Shown piece by piece: positions 10,854 to 24,788 of a DNA stretch of 55,946 nucleotides (position 1 is the stretch's first letter; the number at the start of each line of letters is the position of its first letter). The position numbers and the translations under genes were made by a program. A model generated the notes under the pieces. The model saw nothing but the letters and a program-made list of their open reading frames with translations, was not told where the DNA came from and ran no database searches. Source of the stretch: Paraglomus brasilianum (lineage: Eukaryota); assembly GCA_910592345.1 (NCBI GenBank), contig CAJVPI010000092.1, forward strand, positions 1 to 55,946, read 5' to 3'.

Positions 10854-11955
10854 TTCGATTCTAGCAGACAATATACTGTAACACAATAAACAGTAGATGC
10901 GCCATTCGCTTGCAATAGTCTGTTTCTAACTGTAAAGAAAAGCTTAATTGGCATAAATAGCCGCTTGATTGCATAATTAATACCTTCAATTCAAACCTTC
11001 AACGAGATTATAGAAAATAATCGTTTACGCTGTTTAAAACGATTTCTCGTTAATGTTGATTGGTATATTTGTTGGATGCTTTGTCTCTGGCTAGTAAAAA
11101 ATTGTTCACAAAGCGTTCGCCGCGAAAGCCCCTTTATCAAATTATTATTAATATGTACAAGTGGTCTCGATATAACGACGAGAATGTCCTTATATCGAAA
11201 ATTAACTTACTAAGATTTCTGTTGTTATAACAAGATGTCAGTGTTGGTGCAGGTCACTTATAAATCACATGACATTTATCCAATAAAATTCTCTGAAATT
11301 ATAATAATAATGCTGAATTCGACACAAAAATTCTCGTGCAACAGCGGTCATATTGAACCTTCAAGGACATTATTATTTGATTACGAATAAGCAAGAGTAT
11401 TGGGAGTCCAGTAATCTCAAGTACATTCTATCTTTTTCATTATAAATGACCAATTTAGAAATTAGATGAGATTTTGGATCATCACCAACCGAAAATGATC
11501 GCAACAATAGTCCATATTAGGCATGACAATCTTGAATGTTTATTCTATCTTTCCATAACATGCTCACAACAAACTGTCATACAGCATCATCATAATCATC
11601 ATCAACGACTCAGATCAACTAACCTCTCACTTCCCTACCTTCACTCACGTCGCCCCGTTAGAAACACTCCACGTATGAAAGAATCGCAATCAGCAAATAG
11701 AAAAAACACTTACGAGCTCGTGAAACTTCCCCGGAAACCGCACCAAAATTTTCGTTGGAATGATGGTAAAAGTGAGAAGTCAACGTGGGTAATTATAGTA
11801 AAGACACCATTAATCAGTAATATAAGCGCTTAGCTTTCGGATTTCCGCCTTGAGTATAGCGAATCGGGCCGTTATGTAATTAATTCGTGGCGAAAAGAGA
11901 GTATTTTTTTTATACGCAAGAGATGGATACAAGAGATGAAAATAATAAGAATAAG

Positions 11956-12062
11956 GGTGGATGAATGAATGGGCGTGGATGGGTGGATGAGTGGATGAAT
12001 AGGCGTGGATGGGTGGATTGGGTGGATTGGGTGGATGAATGGGCGTGGATGGGTGGATGGAG
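11956..12062. repeat. (GGGTGGAT/GGATGAAT)n simple repeat in the 3' region of ZNF207
   Basis: Tandem gggtggat / gggcgtggat / ggatgaat units. Confidence 0.8.
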
Positions 12063-12152
12063 AGGGTTGTATGCTTGAAAGAGGATGTATATAGATGGAG
12101 TGCTACAAAAGAGGGTGATTAAGAATAGAAAGAGGCAGCTTGTGATCGAATA

Positions 12153-13723
12153 TCAAAAGGGGCGTGAATGTTGATGAGAAGATGGTGCTATAATATGAGA
12201 AGCCCCAAAAGAGATACGGTATTTTTCGAGAGATGCTCGTTTTTCTTCCTACAATGGCAAAAGATTTAAGATAAATAAACATGCTATCGAATCCAACCAA
12301 GTAAAAAACAACAATGTAAAGATGCGTACCGGCGATACTTCATTATCGCTATATACGAGCACAGTTGCTGTAGGCTTCTTCTGAGTTTGCTGTTGCTGTC
12401 CCTGTTGTTGCTGGCCTGCAACGGACTGACCTTGTTCTATCGATATCGCAGCTCCACTATCATCCATACCTACACCATTTGACATCGCCATAGCTGTCCC
12501 TGTTTGTTGGTAAGCTGCTTGTGGCGAAGTTGTAGTTACATATTGAGGATAGGTACCATCCACAGGAGATGTCACAGATGTAGTGGGAGTAGCAGGTCGG
12601 CCGTAGGATTGCATGCCATTGAAAGCAGTTTGTGGATTTGCTCCTGACGGATTGTAAGGCGGCATATTACCGTAAGATGCTGCTGCTGGTCCTCCTCCGA
12701 CTGGTGGACGCCAGCCTGCTGCTGCCGGTGGTGTACCAGACGGACCGCTAAGGGGCAGAGACAAGGATTTGCAATGAATCAAAATTGAATTAAATTATGT
12801 AAACCAGCAACTGCTTCAATACAAAAGACTACTTACGATGGTCGATATGGATATGCTTGTGAATATGGCTGAGTAGGTGGTACACCGGGTCGCTGATAAA
12901 ATTGACTGTATTGATGGGGCATTAACGACGCTGTCTGCTGTGCCGGGTATCCTGGATATGTACCATAAGAGTACGCGTTTGATGGATTTTGCATCATGGC
13001 CTGGTGCTGCGTCAATTGTTTCCCTTCTGATAAGTCTGACCCATCTATACTGTCTGTTCTCAGTTTCTTCACTACATGTCCGCTCTCTACTTCTAATGAA
13101 GCTTGATGAGCAATGACATCTTCGGGAGGAATACCTTCCATCCCAAAGATCTCTACATCAGTCGACTCTCTTCCTCGAATCGCATTCGGAACCCTGTTTA
13201 AATAATTAACAAGGGTGCAATAAACAGATATGGTAGATGAAAGATAAAGATTAAGATGAGAAATAAGGTTGGAAATTAAAAGAAATGACAACACATGACA
13301 CACTGGCCTTTGAATGTACTTGTGTTAGCCTTGACTAATAGGAGAGGGTGTTGTATTACATATGATGATAATGAACAGTGAATATAAACAGATAATAAAG
13401 TCAGGAGACTGATCCTTACACTGTAATGGTTTCTTTATGAACTTGAGCTACATGAACCACCATACCACCAGCAGTATTTAGCTTTTTGCTGCAATGTGGG
13501 CATTTGAAATGTTTTGCCTTTTGATGTTGTATGAGTACTTTTTCATCCTCAAAATCTCTTTCACAGTACCTTGTACAGGAAAAAAGTCACATGCAATAAG
13601 CAAAAGAGTTTTCGCAAAACACGAGACAGAGTGATCTCGACTGGCCACTTGCTTTGCTCTAGTGGGGAGAACTTACCAGCACCAGGGACGTACGACGACT
13701 TGTTTCTTCTTTTTCTTCCCCAT
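12153..13723 (-). CDS. ZNF207: ZNF207/BuGZ-like C2H2 zinc-finger protein (5 exons: 13723-13677, 13569-13420, 13193-12837, 12747-12330, 12248-12153)
   Basis: [86 protein letters not shown]-rich middle, C-terminal [20 protein letters not shown] (GLEBS-like). GT-AG introns. Confidence 0.92.
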
Positions 13724-14160
13724 GGTATTGGTATTTGATGTATAAAGATTAGACTCGTTTTATTAAACGTGCAGATACCAAGCGCAGCAAAGACTATTTT
13801 ATCAAATCACATGGGTTGAATTGTGCAACGCGGGTTCAACTTTTTCGAAATTTACATTGTTAAAGCTACCATCACCATCAATACTGTATTTACCACAATC
13901 GCGATTCAACTTGTGGACAAGATGATTCAATAAATAAATAAGCCCGTTTGCAAACTCAAGGATTACTAGTAGATCCAGAATTCCTCCTTTAAAAACCTTG
14001 ACACGATATTTGGGTTGTTTTATCCAAATAAACCTCATATTAATATAGACGATTAGAAGGCTAAACACACCAATTCTAGTGCAGTCGCTTTTATCTATGG
14101 ACGTGAATGCAATCAATGTAATCAATATCGAAAATATTTTATCTACTACGAGAGAATCGA

Positions 14161-14168
14161 TGACGTCA
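14161..14168. promoter_or_regulatory. CRE palindrome TGACGTCA in the divergent ZNF207/UGO1 intergenic region
   Basis: Exact palindrome about 220 bp upstream of the UGO1 ATG. Confidence 0.3.
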
Positions 14169-14381
14169 CCAAAGAGTATGTTGTGGCTCGTAACTACATA
14201 TTATAAAAAATCAAATCAAACCATCAAATAAAATAAAATCAATCAATCGCGCGGTTATTGTCAAGTTTTATTGCTGTGGGGATACTTTTGGACCATTTGT
14301 CCTTTCAAACACTGTTGCTTGCGATAAACTCCCTCTTTAATTGGTACTCTTGACTGGTTCAACTCACGAGTACTCAACGTC

Positions 14382-16120
14382 ATGTCTTCTGCGTCCGATC
14401 CCTCTCCTTCTCCAAAATACACTTATACGCCCTTTCCTCAATCGAAAATCGTACATCCCCTTCGACCATATTACGTACCTCCAAATGTAGATTATTATTA
14501 TACACCTGGTTCTAATGCTATAGCCAATAATCAATTAGAACAAAATAAGCTAGTTGACGAAGAGACTCACAGTGCCCTGAAGGAATTAGGCAGTTTTGCT
14601 TTGGTTAAATACGTTAGCACGGCAATATCCAACCCATTTGAAGTATCAAAGACTTTGTTGCAAGTGCAGTATCTGCCTAATGAAGACGTTGTGCCCGTTG
14701 TTCGTGAAAACAATCTGGAGTCTGATGAAGAGGTATGTCCATGATGATTGTAAACAAATATGGAGCTTTTAATTATATTCTTATGTCGAGAACATTTGTA
14801 TAGCTAAAGGGCTCTTGTCTTATTCTAGTCTTCAGATGAAAACTTGTCCGATTTTGATCAGTCAGGCAGATCTATGAAGCCACAGCTTGATCCAACTTCA
14901 CCAGCATTTAGAAAGAGAAAGACATCAGATAAACAAGGATATCTGTTAAACACAACCATATATGATGAGTCAACAAGACCTGCTTACATGTTACAGCCAT
15001 TAGATGATGGTGTATGGGGTACCATAAGCATTCTAACGAAACACAAAACAGAAGGTTGGAAATCCATGTGGAAAGGTAAGGAGTTTACTAGTCAAACAAA
15101 TTGGTAATCCTTTAATTAGGTTCTAGTGAAGCGTGTTAATATTTATGACTGCATCACTGTATCACTATCTCCTCTTTTAAGGACAATTCACTGGCTGGCT
15201 GTATGATATGGCACATCTCTTTCTTCAACCTACCATCGAAGGAATCTTAAATGATGCATTCGATCTGTATGATGATACAATCCCATTAGTCTATTTGGAC
15301 AAAGTCGGCCCTAATCTTGCTACACTTGTTGCTAGTCATATAGTCGTTGGTGTACTGTTGAGTCCATTAGAGGTGGCTAGGACAAGGTACATTGTCGGTT
15401 CATAGCAAAAATGGTTGCATTATTTATATCAAAGTATTATTAATCGGTGTATCACCTTAGCAAGCTTTGATTTATATTCACATTATGTCAATGTTACTGT
15501 TAATTTTTAGGCTCATAGTCCAGACATCATCTCCAAGTCAGAGGAAATATAAAGGACTCTTTGATTGTCTTTGCCAGATGATAAAAGAGGAAGGTTTATC
15601 CTCATTATACTGGGGCCATAACCTTCTTCCTTCTATTGTCTATCATACCATTGACCCACTCTTAGAAAACACTATTCCAATTTTAATTGACCGCATTTTC
15701 CACATATCAGCTAGTGATTCACCCCTTCTTTATGGAGCCGTCCAACTGTTACTCAACACTGTTCAACTGATAATTACTCTTCCGGTCGATACGATTCGTA
15801 AGAGACTGCACTGTCAAATACGATCTCGTGTGCCTGGAAGAAGATTAGAGACCGTTGTACAGACACGCCAAGCACCATACGTTGGTATGCTGGACTGTGG
15901 ATATAGAATTATCGTCGAAGAGGGTATAAGCCAGAGGAAGATGATGCCCAAGCGTGGTAATGCTCCGAAACGTCACTTACAACGAAAGCAGACGAGTTGG
16001 TTAGATAATTATGGAATTCGTGGTTTATACAATGGATTTTCGATGCATTTCACAGCCAATCTATTGATGTTTGTTGTGCAAGCTGTCAATGGCGGCGATG
16101 ATGACTTTGAAGATATTTGA
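14382..16120 (+). CDS. UGO1: Mitochondrial fusion protein Ugo1 (SLC25A46-like carrier-family protein), 4 exons
   Basis: HPLRPYY N-terminus. Carrier motifs NPFEVSKTLLQVQY, SPLEVARTRLIVQ and LPVDTIRKRLHCQ, plus EGWKSMWKG and GIRGLYNGF. Confidence 0.88.
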
Positions 16121-16415
16121 AGATATTAACTTTTATATTGCTTGATGGGTAACTTATTCTAAATATTGGCCATGAATGTATGAAAGATATTCATGAACAA
16201 TCGGTGAATACAATAATTATTGTAAATGGACATTGCATGAAGGTTTATTGGGTGTGTTTAATCCGTCTATAATTGTATTGTGTAGATTATTTGTAAATGG
16301 TAATTGAAAGTGTATACAATGACTGCATTAGCAATTGAAATGTATATGTAAGTGTTCTTTATTATTACTGCTGCTAATTATGTACTAGAACAAGTATACA
16401 ATCAACAAACAAAAA

Positions 16416-17938
16416 TTAAGCTTTTAAAATCATGACGATCGGAACATGATCACTAGCACCATAGCACTCGCTCCTATAAAATTCAAGATATCAAGCATGT
16501 CAGCAGTGAACCATTGATGTGAGTGTATCCAAATATCTCTTATAGTTTGATTACCTGATCTCGCTCTGCAGAACCCTATCGAGTAAGCGTTCGCTTACTA
16601 CATGATAGTCTAATCGCCATCCAATACCCTTGGTACGGCAATGGTATCTATACGAATAGTATGTATACACTCCCTTGGTCTCTTGATGGAAATGGCGCCA
16701 TGTATCAACGAACCTTTGCACACCACCATTCAAAAGCTTTTCAAAGTCAGCTCGTTCTTCTGCTGTAAAGCCTGCTGTCCTGTTCAAATACAAGTTAGTA
16801 AGTACATGATGCATTACGAGATCACATTATTGACAATTAAATATTACTTGGAATTGGATGACGGTCTCGCCAAGTCAATCTTTGTATGTGCAACATTCAA
16901 ATCACTACAGACGCGTTTGAAAAGTTCCGTAGGGCAATTGAATACAGAAATTTAACTTTTGTTAGTTAGTCGGTTATAATGTGCCAAGCTATATTCGAAG
17001 AGACAAGAGACTTACCCAGCCCAGATTAAAGGCTTCTTTTCATCTAATTGCCTCAAATATTTATCCATTGCAATATCCCAATCCATTCTCTCGGCCAAAT
17101 TCTTCAGTTTAGTACCCGAATTAGGGATATAACACGCAACATAATAAAAGTTGGAAAATTCCAGCGTGATAACTCTACTTTTTGTGTAGTCTACGTCTGA
17201 ATGAGTCGGGACTCCGTAAGTCACGGAAATTGGTTCGATTTTTGAGAATACAGCTACACCACCTGCCCATTTAACAGATCATTAGTGTTGCAAACTTTTA
17301 TTCATATCAAAAAAATACAGCGAGTCTGTACCGTATCCTTTCTTGTCGCCAATTGCCCACCATCTGTGAGGATATCTATCAACGATAGCGCTTATATCCA
17401 GCGGCTCCCTCACTTTGGTCTCTTGTAAGCATAAAATATCTGCATCTTCAGCACTCGCATACGTGTCAAAACCCTGTTATTAAACAATATTATCTATATG
17501 CCCATGGATATTAATTAAATTATTATTTTTGTCCATTGTTACCTTCTTTACGGCTGCAGCCAAACCGCTAACATTCCAGGAAGCAAACTTAATAGTGTCC
17601 TCCTGTTTCTTTTGAAAAGACAAAGTAGCTGGCATAGAAGTATTGGTTGGACCAGAGCTGTTGTTTGTGCTAGCTTTGTTCTCAGCCTCAGCTTCCATGT
17701 CTTCTCCACAGTCTCTTTCATTATCTTCTGCCTCGACTTTTTTACTGATAGACTTTTTCTTAACGTCCTTGACGCTATTGTTGGTTGACTTTTGAGCCCC
17801 AGCTGAAATTTTAGTCTTTTTGGTAGGACGCGACTCTTTCTCTGTATCAACTGGTGGTTCAAAGACGTCGCGCACTGTTTTCGCACCGCTATTAAGCTTG
17901 GATGCGGCTGTGGAAAGTGTTCTCCGTTTGATAGGCAT
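16416..17938 (-). CDS. APEX1: AP endonuclease of the ExoIII/APE1 family, multi-exon
   Basis: Basic N-terminal tail, FASWNVSGL, ADILCLQETK, YVACYIPNSG, IWAGDLNVAH, TAGFTAEER, YTYYSYR, GWRLDYHVVS, SDHVPIVM. Confidence 0.92.
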
Positions 17939-18191
17939 ATTAATACGCGAAAGTTGAAAAAATGTTTCTGCACGCGATTTGAAAGTAAACATTCTCGCTT
18001 GTTCGTATTACATAACAATTATTAGGTGCGGATGTTATCTTGGCATTATTACGTAATAGAAAAGTGATTTCTGATTGGTCGGGTCCACCACATTCTTCTC
18101 TTTTTTCCGCTCATCCCCCATTGCTAAACAGAACATACAAGTCATCCAAGAGCGCGACAATCGTGTATTGTCATCCATCCAACAATACATA

Positions 18192-19881
18192 ATGACCAGT
18201 GTCGCAAGTCAGAACACATTCGGCATTTTGGCCGATGTCGAGGACCAGACGCAGGAAACTGCCTCTGAGCTGTCGAAAGAGGAGGTAGTTGTTTCTAAGA
18301 AAGTAGATAGGTCTCGTGCTAGCAAGACCGAGGCTAGAATTCGTCACGACTATCCTCAGCGTGGTGGTGCCCCCAGGGCTGCTGCTTCCACGAGGGGCAA
18401 CGACGAAGTTAGATCAGGTTAGTGGAAATGTATTGTTTTTGCGTTTGGGGTGAAGGCATTTGCTAGCGTATATTCTCGCGTGTTCATAAAGGCTATGTAT
18501 AAAGGCTTTGATCGTATCAATGCCGTTGAAGTTGATGACAGACATATAATTGTTGTTATACCGTTGTCGTTATTTCGATGAGTACACAAATTATACATAA
18601 TAATATTGTCAATCGAACCACATATCTTTTTCGGCTACATTAAAACTCAATGTTTGCTTTTTGAAGGACCTCGTGACCGCAATGTTGGCCCTCGTCTCTC
18701 TGGTCGTCGTAATCAAGACGAAGGAAGCGGCGGTTCTGACTATCCTCCTCGTAATGCTCGCGGAGCCCGTGCCGGTGAACGTTCTCGCGGCGGTCGTGGT
18801 GGGCGACGTGGGCGTGAATACGACCGTCACAGCGGAACTGGCAGAGAGTATGTAAAACACTGAAACGAATTATAATATTTCAGAGTCTGAAAGTATAACT
18901 TTGATTATTCTTTTTACAGGGATAGCGGGAAGAAAGATTCGCAAGCATGGGGAGATCCTACTAGTAGTGCGTGGCCATCCGAATCAAATGAACCAGGAAA
19001 GTGGGGAAATGATACTGGTGGACCGGAAGAAAGTTCCTGGACCGCGAATGATGACGCTGCTAATGGAGGGACGTGGGATGCTGGCAATGAAGCTTCTGCC
19101 CCAAATGAGGCCGGTGGTTGGAATGATGGAGAAGATGGCGCCAAGGATGATAATACCTGGAATCCTGATATCTCCTTGGATGATTTGAGCACGGATAATG
19201 TTGATTGGAAAAGTGGCGACAACAAGGATAACGATGACGATGGTGGTTACTCCATTGATGCGGTACAAGCTCCTGTTGAGATAGTGCAAAAGACTTTGGA
19301 TGAATATCTTGCCGAACGTGCTCAAAGAGGTTTAAGTGTAGCGCTTCCCGAACCTAGGAAGCCCAATGAGGGAGCTGACGATTCGCAATGGAGGGACGCT
19401 GTTCCTCTTGAGCGCGATGACGAAGAGGATGTATTGTTCGCTGGCAAGGTAATTGTTAAATTCTTTTTACAGAAAATACTGGATTTCGGCCATGACGTGT
19501 TAATATGTACGTTTGCATTAATAAAATACTTTTTGCCATCAACAGGAAACATCTTATAAATTGAAGAGTAAGGATAAGACCAAGACCAAAAAGGAATATA
19601 TCGAAATCGAACAAGCGTTTGAGAGACCTAGTGGCGGATCTCAAAGAGGTAGAGGTCGTGGACGAAATGGAAGGGACGGCAACAGAGAACGCCGTGACAA
19701 TCGTGATGGATACAGAGAAGGCCGTGATAATCGTGATGGATACAGAGAAGGCCGTGACAATCGTGATGGATACAGAGAAGGCCGTGACAATCGTGATGGA
19801 TACAGAGAAAATCGTCGCGGTCGAAATGACGGTGTCAACCTCAATGACCAAAGGGCTTTCCCTAGTCTTGGAACCGCGTGA
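18192..19881 (+). CDS. STM1: Stm1/SERBP1 (HABP4_PAI-RBP1 family) RNA-binding ribosome-dormancy factor, 4 exons
   Basis: MTSVASQNTFGILAD, RGG boxes, GREYDRHSGTGR, QAWG, KTLDEYLAER, RKPNEG, IEIEQAF, C-terminal NLNDQRAFPSLG. Confidence 0.88.
19693..19812 (+). repeat. 30-bp coding tandem repeat x4 (RDNRDGYREG)
   Basis: cgtga(c/t)aatcgtgatggatacagagaaggc repeated four times in the last STM1 exon. Confidence 0.9.
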
Positions 19882-20630
19882 GCAAATATATGCATTTATC
19901 AAGAGCCAATCATTCATCCAAGAGACAAACATCCACCTTTCGTCCAAAACGAACAATTATTACCCTCAAGGGACACTTTATTTCCTTTTTTTATATATAT
20001 ATAGTTATAGTTATATCGAATATGGAATGATAATATGCATTCAGTTATTGTGAGATAACGTTATTTCATTATCAAAAAGTAAATTTATATTGTCGATCTT
20101 TGAAGAATGCGGGGTAGATCTCTTGTCAGCGAAAGGATAAGTTGTTGTCAAATTATCATGTAACTTTTTTTTTTCGAAAGTATCCGCAGTACAATGTAAC
20201 AAGTGTGATCCCGTGATCGATTGGATGACTTGTCCAATTCAGGCTGTGTCGCTGTTCAGTTGTTTGTTCCCTTCCTCGAGTCACAGCGTATCCAATATGA
20301 TTGGCTGAAGCATGAAAGCCCAACTAGACCTGTAACTGTTCCTTCTTCCACCTTCCAACTCGTCTTCTACGCTCTTCCACTACTCGCTCGTCTTCTGATT
20401 ACCTATTAGTAACGTACCTATAGCGATCGTTTGCTCTTCGTCACGATCGGTGTTCGATCGTGTTCTCGTTTGCTCACTTTCCCACATAATAGAAGAAGCG
20501 CCGTATAATACTATTCTAATCTTAGATCTGACCAGATCGTATAGTACTTCTTTATATACTGGTATCAAACACTTATATAATACAGTGGAAATAGTTTCCG
20601 TCTTGCTCGCTTTTCACCGCTCGTATACCG

Positions 20631-23600
20631 ATGCAACCTCAATTAGGTGATGCTAAAGTAACGCCTGCCACAACCAAGACAAAATCACAGTCGCCGTCGA
20701 AAATGCCAAATGTGTCTCAAGTAGAGCAGATCGTTTCGGCTTCCTTGCAGCCCCCTAACATTCAGACGAGTAAACCCAGAGCTAGGCGGCTGTCCATGAC
20801 TGGAGATCGAGCCTCTGGTCCCATTTCGCCCACACCCAGACGGAATGGTACCAAGAAGGTGGCAGCAGACATAAACAATAGAGTGGATGACCCAGTTGGG
20901 TAAGCACGAACTTCTCAGTTGTTACATTGTGAGTGGTCCTACACTAAGACCTTGTTAATTGGGATGGCAATATAGAAGAGTAAAAGCTTTGCATAGTAGT
21001 AAGTAGTAGTATGTAAGGGGAGTAGCAATGCAGTAGTTCTACATAAGACTGTTTATGTTGTTGACATACACAGCCGCCGCTTGCCAGTCATGTTTATTTT
21101 GAATATTGAATCTGAATAATGTGTGTATATATGGTTTTGTAGTAAATTTCGTGTGATAATTGACGAGTCAGTAGTTTCTGCTCTTTTGGATTGCGCATTT
21201 TCAGATTATAAACATGAAGTCATGGGATATTTGGGAGGAAGGTTTGACGCTGATTCGAATGACAACGAAGCTATAGTTTGTCGCATAAATCATTTTGTTG
21301 CATCTGAGAGGTAAATTTGGGGTTGAATGGATATGCAAACTTATGCACTTACCGTTTAGCAATAATCGTGTCGTTTTGGCGTAGGAATGTCGTGTCTATG
21401 TTGACTACCACAGTTCGAGAAGTTGAGGCAGCGTTGGATGAGGCAGTAAAGACTTTCGCTGAAATGGGATACCGTCTAGTTGGATGGTATCGAAGGTATA
21501 TACCCTATATATAATATATAATGATGAATGGAGATATGTATACGTTATCAGATAGCAATCATCAGTACATTATGTGCTAGTTTTCACAGTATACCACCAC
21601 ACTACGTTTTTAATTTCGTCCAATTGAATTTTCATTTATTAGCATTTACGTGTGTTATATATTATATATACGTGTTTCAAAATTTTCTGATTCTAAACTT
21701 TTCGTGGTGTCGTTACAGTAATCTCCCAAATAGCCATAAATCAATTCCGGTTGATAGAGATATTAGGAAGCAGCAATCAATACAGTTACAGGTATTACAT
21801 TTTACTGATAATTTGAGGAATTGATCTGATCTGTTATTCGGTTCTCGTAGTTACCGTTTGCTAATAATTACCTCTCTACATGTGACTGACATACTCGTCA
21901 GTCTCCGAATAGCATTGGTTTGATTGTTTCTGTATCTACCAGAATACGTCCTGAATCTGGCTTGGGCGCTTATGCGTCTATTAATCCGGCATATGGGATG
22001 CATATCTTCAGAACGAGCGGCGCAAATGGTTTACATTCATATGCAAGCAATTCCCATAATAATTTCCCTCCATACAAGACGAGTAGATCGGGGAAAGGGA
22101 AGGGAACTGAAAATGACACCATTCATAGAGTATCATATACAGTACAAAGACAAGCTTATATGTCTCCAAGAATAATGCAACAGATGACGTGTACAATGAT
22201 GGTATGTATTTTAGTGACTTGCAATGCAACATCACCCTACCCTACACGTATGGATATAACTTTTTTATACGTCACATATTTATGCTTATCGTATGCCCTC
22301 TCCCCTCCCCTTCCGTTCTCAGAACACTTTGCGAGAATCAAAGCAAGTGTACTCGCAACAACTCGTCGACTGTGACAATAAAAATGTACAGAGAATTTTC
22401 GTAGATTCGGAATATGAATCCTTCTTGATTAATTTCTTAAAAAAGAGCGTACTACAGGTAATTAATTAAAACCAGTAATAGGAATGTTTATCACAAATAC
22501 CTTCGATCCCACCAAGTCAACGTTATTTCCGTTTCAATTAGTTTGATAAAACCATAGAACAAGACTTTAGATCATTGGCAATTACTAAACACCATATCAA
22601 GACACTAATATCAACGAGGATAAATGATATCCTTACAAAATGGCAGAAATATCGCAATGGAGATGCGAAAGAGAACGCGATACGGCGTAGAGAATTAGAG
22701 GCTTTGGCTGGAAAGGTAAGAAATGCCTAAACTGTCGTTATATTATACGGTAACACTTTGCTTATCTTGTTATTCTCTTTGCCACAGCATCTGTATCGTA
22801 TCTTTGGGAAAGATATTAAGACAGAATCTCCAGCTGTAGAGAATGCATACAGAGTGACGAGATGGCTCAACCTGAATACGCCAACTGTTGATGTCACCAG
22901 CCGTGATGATACAACGCGCTCAGCATCCACTGCAAACTTCACTTCTGCTGCTCTGGGGTCTCCGGTGGTTTCGGATTACTTTTCTTCTTTAAAGAGCGAA
23001 ATGGATGGGGATGAAATGATGACACCAACAACATCAATACACCAGTTTCCGATACATACCAACAATGTACAAGCTTGCAATAACAATATCTCCGATGTTG
23101 AGGATAATGAGTCAAATATGGATACGGATATGCATGAGGCGTCCATAGTAGTATCATCGATGCAGAACGCGGAAAAAAGTACAAAGAGCAATGGCAGGAA
23201 AAGATCGTCTATTTCCTCTAACGAGGCACTACAGTCGCCTCAGAAAATTGTAAAGACCGAAAGTAATCGATCAACGGCCTACAACTCACACCAATCACAC
23301 CTTCATTCAAATGACAGTATGACACCGCCAACTAGCCACGATAGCATATCACCAACAATACCAATTGCTTCGACATATTTATCTTCTCGCGTGATAAATG
23401 AACCGAATGAGACTCATATCAAAAACGCAAATGCACATTCGTACGCATATAATAACGTGACCAACTACAGAGCAGCATACCCTAGTCCACAGAATGGTTT
23501 ATCAATAAGCCAATCAATTACGCAACCTGTGGCTAATGCACTTTCTCCGTCACCATCACAATCAATGACGAATAATGCTACGAACAAAAACTCAAAACAT

Positions 23601-24125
23601 CCATCCGAAGGGTTAAATTTGCCCAGCATACGAGGGTTACTCGAACTATCAGGTCGTTCATCAGCCTCCTCGACACCAGCGCCGCCCTCAACTCCAACTC
23701 CAAGCTCACTTTCCAATACAGAAATGCACGAATCCAATACATCTTTCTCACAGCTATATCAACCACTTTATCCTTCATATAGAAGCCAGTATCTAAATTA
23801 TAGTCCAATGCAACCGTCTACACCACAGTCAACACTCACTTTGCCAACTACACCACCACCATCTTTGCAGCCGCCACTTCAACACATACTATCACCAACT
23901 GGTTCTACATCGAATGGGGCCACATCGCCTACGTTGTCAACGCGACAATATATTCCAATTGCACCATCTCCGTTGACCAATGCTTTGAATGCGAATCGAC
24001 CAATGACATTGTCACCATCGTCTTCGACTCCAATGTACGCGCCGTCCACATCGCCAGGTTTACAATATATACATCAACAGAATCAGAGTACAGATGGACA
24101 TGGCAATGATTTTTATATTCGATAA
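20631..24125 (+). CDS. BRCC36-like MPN/JAB-domain protein lacking the JAMM histidines, with helical bundle and long S/P/T-rich disordered C-terminus; multi-exon
   Basis: VIIDESVVSALLDCAFSDYKHEVMGYLGG ... LVGWYRSNLPNSHKSIPVDRDIRKQQSIQLQSPNSIGLIVS after splicing. Final large exon within the 455-aa ORF at 22758-24125. Confidence 0.7.
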
Positions 24126-24779
24126 TGATGGCTCGATATGTGGAGGAATGGTAGGCTAGATATAAAAAAAAAAGATTTTACTTCAGACATAGAATGATAA
24201 TTGTAAGACAAAGTTTAAAGGATGCAAGGAAACCAGTTTTATGTGCTAAACACAATCACAATAGTAATAATTGATGTTATCAAATTGCTCTTCCTGTTAT
24301 AGTCAATGTAATCTACCTGAATCGTTTCTTTTTATCACCTTTGTTCTGTTCGCATTTGCTTAATTATTCACACTAGCACTCGCCTGTCTTGCAACCTATT
24401 TTATTCTTCTTATTTTAACTCTGTTTATTATTTACACTTGCCGGGATGCTACGTGATTTTTAGATTATAATATGATTGGAATTGATGTAAAAAAAAATTG
24501 GCGAAACCAACAAAACAAGATAAATTAAAAAGATCGCAAACAAAGTGAATGAAACACAAATATGTTCCTTTCAATTGCTAGATGCCATTTACAATTCTGA
24601 GATTCAGATATAGGCATATTTTTATGTGTAATGCAACACACATAAAAATACACTCAGCCTTTAAGCCCACTCGTTCTTATTTTTTTGCCCATTATCCATT
24701 CTGTACTCCCAAGCATTTGAATTAACGTTTTTTGGCGGATAGTTGGGAGGGAAAATCAAGTGACCCTGAAATGGAAATT

Positions 24780-24788
24780 ATGACGTAA
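24780..24788 (+). promoter_or_regulatory. CRE/M26-like ATGACGTAA site upstream of the ATF1-like gene
   Basis: ATGACGTAA about 520 bp upstream of the ATG. A probable 5'UTR intron (GTATTA...CTATAG) lies at ~25068-25287. Confidence 0.35.

Noticed and set aside
19456..20053. Alternative-frame repeat ORFs over the STM1 last exon
   Set aside because: By-products of the 30-bp tandem repeat.
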